Assembly (NCBI GenBank): GCA_023131975.1 | Contig: JAGLYV010000054.1 | Span: 5,191 to 69,190 of the forward strand | Source: Candidatus Krumholzibacteriia bacterium | GTDB taxonomy: Bacteria; Krumholzibacteriota; Krumholzibacteriia; Krumholzibacteriales; Krumholzibacteriaceae | Direction: 5' to 3' | Length of the DNA: 64,000 nucleotides | The notes under the pieces: generated by a model | Seen by the model: only the letters and a program-made list of their open reading frames with translations | The model's database searches: none | Told to the model about the DNA's origin: nothing | Shown: in pieces, positions 25,418-35,834 of the stretch | How the letters are laid out: each line of letters begins with the position of its first letter | Position numbering within the stretch: the stretch's first letter is position 1 | Made by a program: the position numbers and the translations under genes

Positions 25418-26542
25418 TTGAAGGTACTTGCTCTGAACTGGCGGGATATGAAACATCCGGAGGCGGGAGGCGCCGAGGTCCATATTCATGAGATCCTTTC
25501 GCATATGGCCCGGTGGGGGCATGAAGTGACGGAGATCACATCGGGATTTCCCGGCTGCTCAAAGCGGGATGAGATCGACGGGGTCCGGATCCTGAGGGCC
25601 GGGCACTGGTACGACGCGAATTTCGTTCTTCCCCTGTTTGCCAGAAAGCATATGAAAAATAACAGATATGATGTCGTCCTTGAGGATATAAACAAGCTAC
25701 CGTTTTTTATGCCTCTCTTCACCGATACTCCCGTCGTCGGTGTGATTCCTCATCTTTTTGGTACGACAGTGTTCAGGGAAGCGAACTGGCTGATAGGGAC
25801 ATATGTGCTGCTGATGGAAAAATTTATTCCGGCCGTATTCAGAAAAAACCGTTTTATGGTGATCAGCCCGAGTACCGCGGACGATCTTGCGTCGAGAGGG
25901 ATCGACAGGGACCGGATAGATGTCGTTCTTTGCGGGCTTGATCATGGTACCTGGGAGCATCTCGGAATCGAGCGATTCGAGAGGCCGACCATAGTACATC
26001 TGGGCAGACTAAGGAAATACAAGAGTGTCGAGGTCGCCATGAGGGCGATGAAGATAGTAGTCGAAAGAGTGCCCGATGCCAGGCTTTCGATCATCGGAGA
26101 CGGGCCATATCGGCCGCAGCTCGAAAAAGAAGCGGCGCAGCTGGGGTTGGGAGATTCGATCGAATTTCTGGGGTATATGGGGGCTACGGAGATAGTGGAA
26201 TATATCAACAGGTCACACCTTCTCTTTAATCCCAGTCCTAAAGAGGGGTGGGGGCTGACGGTGGTGGAGGCCAACGCGTGTGGGGTGCCCGTAGTGGCAA
26301 GTGACAGGCCGGGACTGAGAGATTCGGTCCTCGATGGGAAGACTGGATTCCTTGTACCTTACGGTGACGTTGTAGCTTTCGGTGAGAAGGCGGTAAAGTT
26401 GCTCAGCGACAAGGGTCTCTGGAATGAGATGAGCATGAACTCGCTCGAAAGAGTCAAAAGTCTGACCTGGCAGAGGTGTGCCAGGGAGACCGAACAGCTG
26501 CTGCTCGGAATATCCGGTGCGGAAGAAATAACGGGGGATTGA
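25418..26542 (+). CDS. Glycosyltransferase family 4 (GT-B, group 1)
   Basis: A C-terminal GT4 EX7E-type region (GWGLTVVEANACGVPVVASDRPGLRDSV) is present. The start is TTG. Confidence 0.75.
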   Translation: MKVLALNWRDMKHPEAGGAEVHIHEILSHMARWGHEVTEITSGFPGCSKRDEIDGVRILRAGHWYDANFVLPLFARKHMKNNRYDVVLEDINKLPFFMPLFTDTPVVGVIPHLFGTTVFREANWLIGTYVLLMEKFIPAVFRKNRFMVISPSTADDLASRGIDRDRIDVVLCGLDHGTWEHLGIERFERPTIVHLGRLRKYKSVEVAMRAMKIVVERVPDARLSIIGDGPYRPQLEKEAAQLGLGDSIEFLGYMGATEIVEYINRSHLLFNPSPKEGWGLTVVEANACGVPVVASDRPGLRDSVLDGKTGFLVPYGDVVAFGEKAVKLLSDKGLWNEMSMNSLERVKSLTWQRCARETEQLLLGISGAEEITGD

Positions 26543-27507
26543 GATTGCGTCTAAAGAACGCGGCGCTGCAAACGCTGAAAGTGGTCGTGAGCCTGGGGCT
26601 GATATCGTTCCTGCTTCACAGGAAGTCTCCCGGTGAACTGGCGGTTTATCTGAAAAACATCGATCTGCTGCTGTTATCCTTCGCCGTGGCTGTCTTCTTT
26701 TTGAGCAGTTTTCTTGGAGCCTTGCAGTGGCATCTGCTTCTCGTGGCGGGCGGAGTAGTCTTGAGGTTTCAGGGGACATTTATCTATTACTTTGTGGGGT
26801 TGTTTTTTAATAATTTTTTTCCCGCCAATGTCGGGGGAGACGCCATAAAGATCATCGATGTGGTCAGGGAGGGCAGCGATCCCCACCGGGTGTTTGCTTT
26901 GACTCTTCTCGACAGGGTGTTTGGAATAACGGGACTGTGTTTTCTGGCTGCCGTAGCGTCGATAATCGTTTTTCCGGGAGGTACCATAGCGAACGCTGGC
27001 CTGTACCTTGCCATTTTCGGGGGATTGATATTTTCTATCCTGATCGTCGCGTTCAGCAAAAAGTTGTCTGGAAGCATCAGACGGTTTTCTGGAAAGATAG
27101 GGATATGGGGCCTGGGCGAGAAGATCGGTCTGGTACTCGGGCACATGGGAAGCCTCAGGGCCAGGAGGCCCCTGTTCGTGGGGGTAGTGCTTCTTTCACT
27201 GGTAGTCCAGTCGCTGCGCATACTGACTCATGTCCTGGTCGGGCTCGCTCTGGGAATAACTCTGGGCGGAATCGATCTGGCACATTTCTTTGTCCTGGTC
27301 CCGCTTCTCGGGCTGATCATGATCCTTCCGATATCGATCAACGGGCTTGGAGTCAGGGAGAGCGCCGGAATGGTGCTGTTTACGCAGGTCGGGATCCAGG
27401 AGGAACTCGCCGTATTGATGGAATTTATCACTTACACAGTTCAGGTCGCCGTCAGTCTGATCGGGGCTGTGTTCTTTTTTATAAGGAAACGTTCTGGAAA
27501 AGACTAG
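26539..27507 (+). CDS. Flippase-like / lysyl-PG-synthase-TM-like (UPF0104) polytopic membrane protein
   Basis: At least 8 TM helices are predicted. The motif FFPANVGGDAIKI is typical of the UPF0104 flippase-like domain, which is often linked to GT2 enzymes. Confidence 0.55.
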   Translation: MRLRLKNAALQTLKVVVSLGLISFLLHRKSPGELAVYLKNIDLLLLSFAVAVFFLSSFLGALQWHLLLVAGGVVLRFQGTFIYYFVGLFFNNFFPANVGGDAIKIIDVVREGSDPHRVFALTLLDRVFGITGLCFLAAVASIIVFPGGTIANAGLYLAIFGGLIFSILIVAFSKKLSGSIRRFSGKIGIWGLGEKIGLVLGHMGSLRARRPLFVGVVLLSLVVQSLRILTHVLVGLALGITLGGIDLAHFFVLVPLLGLIMILPISINGLGVRESAGMVLFTQVGIQEELAVLMEFITYTVQVAVSLIGAVFFFIRKRSGKD

Positions 27508-27570
27508 AGTACTGAACCGGTATTCATTAGACTGAAAGAAATGGTATTTTAAGATAGAAAGGGTATTGAA

Positions 27571-30135
27571 ATGACTGACAGGTCCGTGAACCGGATTACC
27601 GCATTGGCGATATTCCTGACAAGCCTGATCGTCTACCTGATGACGATGGCTGTGACTGTGTCCTTCTGGGACGCGGGGGAGTTTATCGCGGCGTCATATT
27701 CTCTGGGAATACCACATTCTCCCGGCACACCGCTCTATGTGCTTGTCGGCCGGGTATTCTGCCTGCTGCCTGTAGCCATGTCGGCAGCACAGAAGGTCAA
27801 TCTTCTTTCGACGGTATCCGCTGCCCTCGGAGTGCTGATGGCCTACCTCATCATGGCGAACGTGGTCAGGATGATGTTCGGTGCCGGAAGAACGGCTGCC
27901 GGCAGGTTTATCAGGTTAGCGGGACCGGTGATAGGCTCCTTTTATCTGATGTTCAGCAGTACCTACTGGACGAACGCGTCCGAGTCGGAAGTCTACGCGC
28001 TCAGCACGTTTGTCATGGGCTTCTGCTGTGTCCTCGTTTTGAGATGGCTCAAGAATCCATCCGGAGAGGTAGATGATCTGACGAGGTCACGGATCACAGA
28101 GTCAGCTACGCCTCAGGAAGTCAAGGTGATCCTCGGCAGGGAAGAGGAGAAAAGGAAAAGACATTCGACCAGCCTTATCCTCCTCATCGTTTACCTTCTT
28201 TCTCTCGGGATAGGGTTTCATCTTGGTACGGTGATGGTATACGGAGGAATCTTTTTCATGATACTGATGGTCAGGGAGAAGACCTTCAGCAATTTCGAAC
28301 TTATCGTATTTACATTCGGCTTCGCGGTCATAGTAGCTGATATGACGCTGCACAAACAATCCAACCTGACGATCATAGGGTTGGTCATACTTGCGATACT
28401 TGTCATGTGGACGGTGATGTCGAAGGGCAAGTTCGCTCTTGTCGCCTCGCTTCTTTTCTTTCTGGGGATATCGGTGCATCTCTTTCTGCTGATACGGTCG
28501 CATATGAACCCCGAACTCGACATGGTCGATCCAGAGACGTGGCGGGCACTCTACGCGCATCTTCGCAGAGAACAGTATCCACCGATGAATGTCTTTGTAC
28601 GCAAGGCTTCGCCCCTGTGGCAGACGGGACAGTTTCTCAGGTACTTTGTCGACCAGTTCCGTATTCTCGGCGATGTAAAGGCCGGACCGCTGAACATCGG
28701 AGCCCTTTCAGTGTTTATTCCGACGGCCCTCGGCCTGTACGGGATAGGGGTCAATTTCCTGCGTGAGCGGAAGACCTGGGTATTGAATTTTACGAACCTG
28801 GCAGTTCACACGATCGGTATGATCATCCTCCTCAACTTCAGCGACCACGAGCCCAGGGAGAGAGACTATTTCTACGGCCCCGGATTCTATTTCTTTTCAT
28901 TGTTCATCGGGATCGGTGCCAGTTCGATGCTCATGATGCTGGCCGGACATCTCCGCGAATCAGGGAAAAAGATCGCTCGGGTAGTCATTCCTGTCGGAGT
29001 GATACTGATTGTCTTTTCGATACTTCCCGCCCGGGTTCACTGGTTCAGTCACGACAGGTCCGACAACTGGCTGGCAAGAGACTACGCATACAATATGCTG
29101 ACAGGCTGTGAGCCGGATGCCATTCTTATCACAAACGGGGATAACGACACCTATCCTCTATGGTACATACAGACTGTCGAGGGCTACAGACGTGACGTGA
29201 AAGTGGTCAACAGGATGCTTCTCAATACCGCATGGTATGTCAAGCAGCTGAGGGATCATGAACCGCCTGTTCCGATAGAACTGACCGATATCGAGATCGA
29301 AAGACTCCGGCCGGTAAGGGACTCGAGGGACGGTAGTATCATTTGGACTTACACAAGGGTGCTGGACCATATTGTCAGGACGACGAACTGGAAGAGGCCG
29401 ATATATTTCGGGGTGACCGTTCCCAAGGAAGTATGGGAGGTGTATGCCGACTACCTGGAGATGCAGGGTATGGTGAGGAGGCTTGTCGCCAGGAAGGGCC
29501 GCTACATGGTCAATGATTTCCAGATGGCGAGGAATATGAGAGATATATTCGAGTACAGGGGGGTCCTGAACGAGGATGGCACAGCGGACACTTCTCTGTT
29601 CAAATCGCTCGATGTGACGACGATGTATCAGAATTACTCGGTTGCCACCATGCAGCTCGCTTTTAATAAGGGAAGAAAAAATGAATATCCCGAGGCCATA
29701 GAGTGGGCGGAGATGTCGTTCGCGATCAGTCCGACATTCGACTGGGGGCGGAAGGAACTGGGTATCTACTACATGCATAACAGGCAATACGACAAGGCAA
29801 TCGAGTATTTCAAGTCTGAACAGGTGCGTGATCCGGACAACTGTGATTTTCATCTCGGAGTGGCTGCCGTTTATGAGGCCATGGGCGACCTCGATTCCGC
29901 GCTGGACGCCCTGGCTCGCTCATCTGACGAGATGATAGCCTGCAGGGATATCTTCACCCATGGATTCAATATCGCCGCCAGGCTGGGTAGAAGGGCAAGG
30001 GCGAAGGAATTTGTGAAGAAGTGGCTGGATCTGCATCCCGAAGACAGGGAGATGGCAAACTTTTACGCGGATATAGACCGGATCCTTGATCAGGAGACCG
30101 CCGCGGAAGATTCTGTCGATTCCGGGGGAGAATAG
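27571..30135 (+). CDS. DUF2723 / TMEM260-like GT-C membrane glycosyltransferase with C-terminal TPR repeats (paralog 1)
   Basis: The N-terminal hallmark VSFWDAGEFIAASYSLGIPHSPGTPLYV is present. A polytopic membrane domain of ~480 aa is followed by a soluble TPR-like C-terminal domain. Confidence 0.75.
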   Translation: MTDRSVNRITALAIFLTSLIVYLMTMAVTVSFWDAGEFIAASYSLGIPHSPGTPLYVLVGRVFCLLPVAMSAAQKVNLLSTVSAALGVLMAYLIMANVVRMMFGAGRTAAGRFIRLAGPVIGSFYLMFSSTYWTNASESEVYALSTFVMGFCCVLVLRWLKNPSGEVDDLTRSRITESATPQEVKVILGREEEKRKRHSTSLILLIVYLLSLGIGFHLGTVMVYGGIFFMILMVREKTFSNFELIVFTFGFAVIVADMTLHKQSNLTIIGLVILAILVMWTVMSKGKFALVASLLFFLGISVHLFLLIRSHMNPELDMVDPETWRALYAHLRREQYPPMNVFVRKASPLWQTGQFLRYFVDQFRILGDVKAGPLNIGALSVFIPTALGLYGIGVNFLRERKTWVLNFTNLAVHTIGMIILLNFSDHEPRERDYFYGPGFYFFSLFIGIGASSMLMMLAGHLRESGKKIARVVIPVGVILIVFSILPARVHWFSHDRSDNWLARDYAYNMLTGCEPDAILITNGDNDTYPLWYIQTVEGYRRDVKVVNRMLLNTAWYVKQLRDHEPPVPIELTDIEIERLRPVRDSRDGSIIWTYTRVLDHIVRTTNWKRPIYFGVTVPKEVWEVYADYLEMQGMVRRLVARKGRYMVNDFQMARNMRDIFEYRGVLNEDGTADTSLFKSLDVTTMYQNYSVATMQLAFNKGRKNEYPEAIEWAEMSFAISPTFDWGRKELGIYYMHNRQYDKAIEYFKSEQVRDPDNCDFHLGVAAVYEAMGDLDSALDALARSSDEMIACRDIFTHGFNIAARLGRRARAKEFVKKWLDLHPEDREMANFYADIDRILDQETAAEDSVDSGGE

Positions 30136-30201
30136 ATTCCGGGGGAGAAGATATTTCACCGGGTGAATGAATGCCAGCCGGACAGACTCGTTAGGAAGAA
30201 T

Positions 30202-32751
30202 ATGTCGGAGAAGATCCTGAACAGATACCTTGGCCTGATGGTTTTCCTGATCAGCGCCGTTGTATATATAATGACTATGGGTGGTACGGTCTCTTTCTGG
30301 GACAGCGGGGAATTCATCGCGACATCTTACATCCTGGGGATACCCCACTCTCCGGGTACTCCCCTTTACGTGCTTGTGGGCAGGGTCTTCGCCCTGCTTC
30401 CTGTTGGTATTTCCGTAGCCCAGAAAGTGAATCTGCTCTCAGCCGTCTCCGCCGCTCTCGGCGTCCTGATGGCTTATGTGTCGATGGTATATGTCGTTCG
30501 ATTCATGTTCGGGAAAGCCGTTACAGCTGCCGGCAGGATCGCAAGGTACGCCGGCCCCCTGGCAGGTTCGATGTTTCTCACATTCAGCGATACATACTGG
30601 ACCGATGCCGCGGAAGCGGAAGTGTACGCTCTGAGTTCATTCGTGATAGGACTCTGCACGGTCCTTGCCCTGAGATGGCTCAAGAATCCGGCTGGAGAGC
30701 TCGGTGAGGATGTCCGGAAAGCTATCCGGGAAAAGACCGATGGAGCCAGGGGAAACGCGCTTGTCGAAAAAAATGCGAGAGCGAAAAAGAGAGATTCGAG
30801 AAACCTTGTACTTCTTATCATCTACCTGCTTTCTCTAGGTATCGGATTCCATCTGGGAACGATCCTCGTATTCGGTGGAATCTTTATCATGTTTTTGATG
30901 GTCAGGAAGAAATCGTTCAGCAACTTCGAACTGATCGCGTTTACATTCGGTTTTGCCGTCATGGTCGCCGACATGACCGTGCACAGGCAGCCTGCTTTTA
31001 CGATAGTCGGACTGGCTGTCTTTGCCGTGCTGATAATCTGGATGACCATGTCGGAGGGCAACTTTGTCCTGACGGCGACCGCCCTGTTCGTCCTCGGCAT
31101 ATCCGTTCACTTGTTCCTCTATATCCGGTCAGGACTCGATCCGGCGATCGATGAGGTGAATCCGGAGACCTGGAAGGCTCTCTACGCGCATCTGAGAAGG
31201 GAGCAGTATCCCGCGATAAACGTGTTCACGAGAAAGGCTTCGATTCTTTTTCAGCTCGATCATTTCGCCAGGTATTTTCAAAACCAGTTCAGACTCTTCG
31301 GCGATTATTTTGTCGGAGGTATCAATATTGGTCGTCTCAGTTCCGTTATCCCGTTGTTACTTGGCCTGTACGGGATCATGGCGAACTACATCCGTGAAAA
31401 AAAGACCTGGGCACTGAATTTCACGAACCTGCTACTCAATTCTGTCGGACTGATCATCTTTCTGAATTTCAGCGACCAGGAAGTCAGGGAGCGGGACTAT
31501 TTCTATGGAGGAGCGTTCTATCTCTTTGCGATATTCATAGGGATCGGAGCGACTTCGTTCCTCATTCTCATACTGGAGCAGGCAAAAAAGACTGCCGGCG
31601 ATCTGAGGCGATTCGTCGTTCCAGCCGCGATCTTTATTCTGGTCTGTTCCATCCTTCCGGCAGGCTACCAGTGGCACAGGCACGACAAGTCAGATTTCTT
31701 CATACCACGCGATTACGCCTACAACATCCTGTGCGGTCTCGAACCTGACGCGATACTGTTTACCAACGGAGATAACGATACCTTTCCGCTCTGGTACCTG
31801 CAGTATGTGGAAGGATACAGGACCGATGTCAGGGTAGCAAACCTGAGTCTTCTCAATACATCGTGGTATATTAAACAGGTGAGAGACACCGAGCCTTCAG
31901 TGCCTCTGGACCTGACAGACGTGGAGATCGACAGGCTTCGACCGATCCGTGTGGAAGACGGTATCCTGTGGACGAAAGATCTGGCGGTCAATCATATTAT
32001 CAGGGATGTAAACTGGAAACGGCCGGTATATTTTGCCGTGACCGTACCGGGCGATGTCTGGGAGAGATATTCGGACAACCTGGAGATGCAGGGTATGGTC
32101 AGGCGGCTGGTGGCAGGTAAGGGCCGGTTCATGGTGAACGATTTCATGATAACAAGGAATCTCGAGGAGATCTTCGAGTTCAGAGGATTCCTCACTGATG
32201 GCTGGCGGAGGGACGATTCCGTTTACAGGACCCGCGAAGTGGACAACATGTTCATAAATTTTTCGATCGCCGCGTTCCAGGTGGCCCAGAACAGAGCAAA
32301 AGACAACCTGCACGGGGAAGCGGTAAAATGGGCCGAGAGGTCGTATGTCTTCGGGCCCAGGTTCGAGTGGCCCAGAAAATATCTGGGGGTCTATTATTCC
32401 AGGAACAGGCAGTATGACAAGGCTGAGGAGCATTACCTCAACCTTCTGGCAGAAGAGCCATCCAGAGGTGATTTCTGGGTAGGCCTTTCATCTGTATACG
32501 AGAGGATGGGGGATCTTGAAAGGGCTGTCCAGACCCTCGAAGATGCTTCAAAGTCATCTCTTGACCACAGAGATATATTTGGACATGGCTTTCGCCTGGC
32601 AGCTACTCTCGGGCGAAGGGATCAGGCCGTCTCATTTGTGGAGAAGTGGATTGAGGGCCATCCCGAAGATACCGAATTTAAATCGCTTCTCGATGATATT
32701 GATACGATACTTCAGAATGAGTTCGGGCTGGGTGGGAGTGACGATAACTGA
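30202..32751 (+). CDS. DUF2723 / TMEM260-like GT-C membrane glycosyltransferase with C-terminal TPR repeats (paralog 2)
   Basis: It is about 60% identical to the upstream paralog and carries the same VSFWDSGEFIATSYILGIPHSPGTPLYV motif. The ATG at 30202 follows AGGAAG. The ORF-track start at 30163 is also possible. Confidence 0.75.
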   Translation: MSEKILNRYLGLMVFLISAVVYIMTMGGTVSFWDSGEFIATSYILGIPHSPGTPLYVLVGRVFALLPVGISVAQKVNLLSAVSAALGVLMAYVSMVYVVRFMFGKAVTAAGRIARYAGPLAGSMFLTFSDTYWTDAAEAEVYALSSFVIGLCTVLALRWLKNPAGELGEDVRKAIREKTDGARGNALVEKNARAKKRDSRNLVLLIIYLLSLGIGFHLGTILVFGGIFIMFLMVRKKSFSNFELIAFTFGFAVMVADMTVHRQPAFTIVGLAVFAVLIIWMTMSEGNFVLTATALFVLGISVHLFLYIRSGLDPAIDEVNPETWKALYAHLRREQYPAINVFTRKASILFQLDHFARYFQNQFRLFGDYFVGGINIGRLSSVIPLLLGLYGIMANYIREKKTWALNFTNLLLNSVGLIIFLNFSDQEVRERDYFYGGAFYLFAIFIGIGATSFLILILEQAKKTAGDLRRFVVPAAIFILVCSILPAGYQWHRHDKSDFFIPRDYAYNILCGLEPDAILFTNGDNDTFPLWYLQYVEGYRTDVRVANLSLLNTSWYIKQVRDTEPSVPLDLTDVEIDRLRPIRVEDGILWTKDLAVNHIIRDVNWKRPVYFAVTVPGDVWERYSDNLEMQGMVRRLVAGKGRFMVNDFMITRNLEEIFEFRGFLTDGWRRDDSVYRTREVDNMFINFSIAAFQVAQNRAKDNLHGEAVKWAERSYVFGPRFEWPRKYLGVYYSRNRQYDKAEEHYLNLLAEEPSRGDFWVGLSSVYERMGDLERAVQTLEDASKSSLDHRDIFGHGFRLAATLGRRDQAVSFVEKWIEGHPEDTEFKSLLDDIDTILQNEFGLGGSDDN

Positions 32752-32766
32752 CAGGAAAGGATCACC

Positions 32767-33717
32767 TTGAAGAAAAAAGTGGTAGTTACCGGAGCAGCGG
32801 GTTTTATCGGATCCCACCTGTGCGAGAAACTTGTCTCGGATGGTTATGAGGTAAGTGGCATCGACTGCTTCACTGATTATTATGACCCGGCAAGGAAAAG
32901 GCAGAATATCGAGGGTCTTCTGAAAAACGATTGTTTTTCACTTATCGAGCAGGACATCAATTCTTGCGATCTCCTTTCCGTGTTGGCGGGTGCTGACTGT
33001 GTCTTTCATCTTGCCGCGCAGGCAGGTGTGAGAAGGAGCTGGGGCGCGGAATTCAGCCATTATGTTCAGTTGAATATTCTGGCGACGCAGAAGATCCTTG
33101 AGGCGATCAGAAAACTTGGTGGAATAAGACTCGTATATTCCAGTTCGAGCAGTGTCTACGGTGAGACACAGGATCTTCCCATGAAGGAGGACCACCGACT
33201 CCGGCCCATCTCTCCATATGGAGCGACCAAGCTTTCGGGAGAGGATCTCTGTGAACTCTATTATCACAACTACGGTATCAGGTACGTTGCTCTGAGATAC
33301 TTTACCGTATACGGTCCGCGGCAGCGTCCCGATATGGCGTTCAGCCGGTTTATAACTTCCGCTTTTCAGGGTGGAGGTATTGAGATCTACGGAGACGGAA
33401 AACAGACACGCGATTTCACCTTTGTCTCCGATGCTGTCGAGGCCAATGTGCTTGCCTCGCGATACGAAGGTGACGAGAGAGTCTTTAACATCGGTGGGGG
33501 AAGCCGTGTCTCGATTCTGGAAGTCCTGGAGATCATCGAAAGCGAGACTGGAAAAACGCTGAACGTGGAGTTCACGCAGCGGGCACTTGGAGATGTCACC
33601 GATACCTGGGCCGACACTTCGAGAGCTTCTTCGGAACTGGGTTTTTCCCCGCATATCAGTCTCAGAGAAGGACTCGCGCGGGAAGTCGGATGGTACAGGG
33701 AATATCTGGGCGTATGA
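32767..33717 (+). CDS. NAD-dependent nucleotide-sugar epimerase/dehydratase (extended SDR)
   Basis: The Rossmann motif VTGAAGFIGSHL and the catalytic YGATK are present. Confidence 0.8.
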   Translation: MKKKVVVTGAAGFIGSHLCEKLVSDGYEVSGIDCFTDYYDPARKRQNIEGLLKNDCFSLIEQDINSCDLLSVLAGADCVFHLAAQAGVRRSWGAEFSHYVQLNILATQKILEAIRKLGGIRLVYSSSSSVYGETQDLPMKEDHRLRPISPYGATKLSGEDLCELYYHNYGIRYVALRYFTVYGPRQRPDMAFSRFITSAFQGGGIEIYGDGKQTRDFTFVSDAVEANVLASRYEGDERVFNIGGGSRVSILEVLEIIESETGKTLNVEFTQRALGDVTDTWADTSRASSELGFSPHISLREGLAREVGWYREYLGV

Positions 33718-33732
33718 TCAGGAGGTAAGAGT

Positions 33733-34674
33733 TTGGATTCGACGGGGAAATATTTCATATCTGTCGTCATTCCGTTCTATAACGAGGAAGAGAGTCTTGT
33801 AGAATTATATTCACGTCTCACCTCCATGCTTCAGCAGTTCTCGCAGGGGCACGAACTGATTTTCGTCGATGACGGTTCTACCGATGGATCGCTGAGTATC
33901 GTCAGTACGTTGCGGGAGAAGGACAGGAGAGTGAAGGTCATCGCCTTCAACAGGAATTACGGGAAATCACCCGCGCTCTCACAGGGATTTGCCGCGGCGA
34001 GGGGAGATCTGGTCGTTACGATAGATGCCGATCTGCAGGATGATCCGGATGAGATCCCGGGCATGGTTGCTTTGCTTGATGAAGGTTATGATCTCATATC
34101 CGGGTGGAAACTTAATCGCAAGGATCCGATAACAAAGACTCTTCCTTCGAAGGTGTTCAATTTTTTCGCTTCACTTATAACCGGCATAAAACTGCATGAC
34201 ATCAATTGCGGACTCAAGGTCTACAGGAAAGAAGTAGTAAAGAGGATCAAAGTCTATGGTGAACTACACAGAGTGATCCCGGTCCTGGCAGGGTGGGAAG
34301 GCTTCCGTATCAGTGAGAAGGAAGTGACTCATTCCGAGAGGAAGTATGGGAAAAGTAAATACGGAGCGAAACGTTTTCTAAACGGGATATTCGATTTGAT
34401 GACAGTCATGTTTATCACCAGACGCTCGACGACTCCTATGCATTTTTTCGGCAGGATAGCTTTCCTGTTCCTGTCGACTGGAGGACTCATCAATCTGTAT
34501 TTTCTGCTTCAGTGGGTCTTTGGTAAGGGTCTGCATGTAAGGCCCCTGATGGTTGTTGGACTTATTATGATAGTCATCTCTATTCAGATCGGATCGATAG
34601 GATTGCTGGCTGAACTATATTCGTCGAATATTGAGAGAGTCTTTTCATATCGCAAGTACGAGATAGATGATTGA
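33733..34674 (+). CDS. GT2 polyprenol-phosphate sugar synthase with two C-terminal TM helices (GtrB/ArnC/CsbB-like)
   Basis: ISVVIPFYNEEES...DDGSTDGS and the DXD motif DADLQDDP are present. The C-terminal hydrophobic hairpin is typical of GtrB. Confidence 0.75.
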   Translation: MDSTGKYFISVVIPFYNEEESLVELYSRLTSMLQQFSQGHELIFVDDGSTDGSLSIVSTLREKDRRVKVIAFNRNYGKSPALSQGFAAARGDLVVTIDADLQDDPDEIPGMVALLDEGYDLISGWKLNRKDPITKTLPSKVFNFFASLITGIKLHDINCGLKVYRKEVVKRIKVYGELHRVIPVLAGWEGFRISEKEVTHSERKYGKSKYGAKRFLNGIFDLMTVMFITRRSTTPMHFFGRIAFLFLSTGGLINLYFLLQWVFGKGLHVRPLMVVGLIMIVISIQIGSIGLLAELYSSNIERVFSYRKYEIDD

Positions 34675-35834
34675 CAAGGGAGTCTGCCAAATTGCGAATA
34701 ACGCTTGTCGGCCCCGCCTGGCCGTACCGAGGCGGAATTTCTCATTACAACACATGTCTCGCTGAGCAGCTGTGTGAGACTCACGAGATCGAGGTAGTCA
34801 ATTACTCGAGGCTTTATCCCGGATTCCTGTTTCCAGGCAAGACCCAGTACGATGAAAGCAAGGACGCCCACAGGGTCGATTCGGTTCGTATGATTGATTC
34901 TATCAACCCTTTCACCTGGGTGAGGACGGGATTCCATCTTGTCCGTTCGAGACCCGATGTCGTTCTGGTCCAGTGGTGGCATCCATATTTTGCCCCGGCC
35001 ATTTTCAAAATATGCTCGATTGTGAGAGTGTTCACAAAGGCCAGGATAATCTTTATATGTCACAATGTCGTCCCTCATGAAAAATCAATGGTCGACAGGC
35101 TGCTTGCCAGGCTCGCCTTTTCGACGGCTCATGGATTCATGGTCCAGTCGGAAGAGGACAGGAAAAATCTTTTCGCAATGAAAAAGAAGGCTGTAGCGGG
35201 GATCCATCCCCATCCGATATATGATTTTTTCAAGAAAGGTGATACCGACAGGGACGAAGCAAAGGAGACAATCGGTGAGGGAGCTGGAAACCTGGTACTT
35301 TTCTTTGGGTATATCAGGGCCTACAAAGGGTTGGAATTTCTTATCCGTTCGATGAGTGAAGTCATATCGAGCATTCCGGCCCGTTTGCTTGTCGTAGGCG
35401 AATTCTATGAGGACAGGGAACCATATGACAGGCTTGTACGCGAGCTCGGACTTGAGGATTCTGTCAGATTTGTCGACCGGTATGTAGAGAATGAAGAAGT
35501 GCAGCAGTATTTCTCAGCCTGTGATCTGGTCGTGCTTCCGTACATCTCGGCCACTCAGAGTGGAATAGCTCAGATAGCTGTCGCGTTCGACCGGCCCATG
35601 GTCGTGACGCGTGTCGGGGGACTTCCCGAGGTGGTGGCAGAGGGCAGGACAGGATTTGTCGTTGACGCGGGTGATCCATCGGCCCTGGCCGACAGGATCA
35701 TCGGGTTTTTCACTGAGGGTATGGCTGAAAAGATGGCTCCGTTCTTCGAAGAAGAGAAGAAACGGTTTTCCTGGGAATCGATGGTCCGTGCCCTTGAGGG
35801 CCTCATAGTCCGTGCCGGAGAAGGGAGAGGATGA
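34671..35834 (+). CDS. Glycosyltransferase family 4 (group 1)
   Basis: A GT-B C-terminal domain (FFGYIRAYKGLEFLI...VGGLPEVV) is present. The start is ambiguous between TTG 34671 and TTG 34692. Confidence 0.7.
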   Translation: MTRESAKLRITLVGPAWPYRGGISHYNTCLAEQLCETHEIEVVNYSRLYPGFLFPGKTQYDESKDAHRVDSVRMIDSINPFTWVRTGFHLVRSRPDVVLVQWWHPYFAPAIFKICSIVRVFTKARIIFICHNVVPHEKSMVDRLLARLAFSTAHGFMVQSEEDRKNLFAMKKKAVAGIHPHPIYDFFKKGDTDRDEAKETIGEGAGNLVLFFGYIRAYKGLEFLIRSMSEVISSIPARLLVVGEFYEDREPYDRLVRELGLEDSVRFVDRYVENEEVQQYFSACDLVVLPYISATQSGIAQIAVAFDRPMVVTRVGGLPEVVAEGRTGFVVDAGDPSALADRIIGFFTEGMAEKMAPFFEEEKKRFSWESMVRALEGLIVRAGEGRG

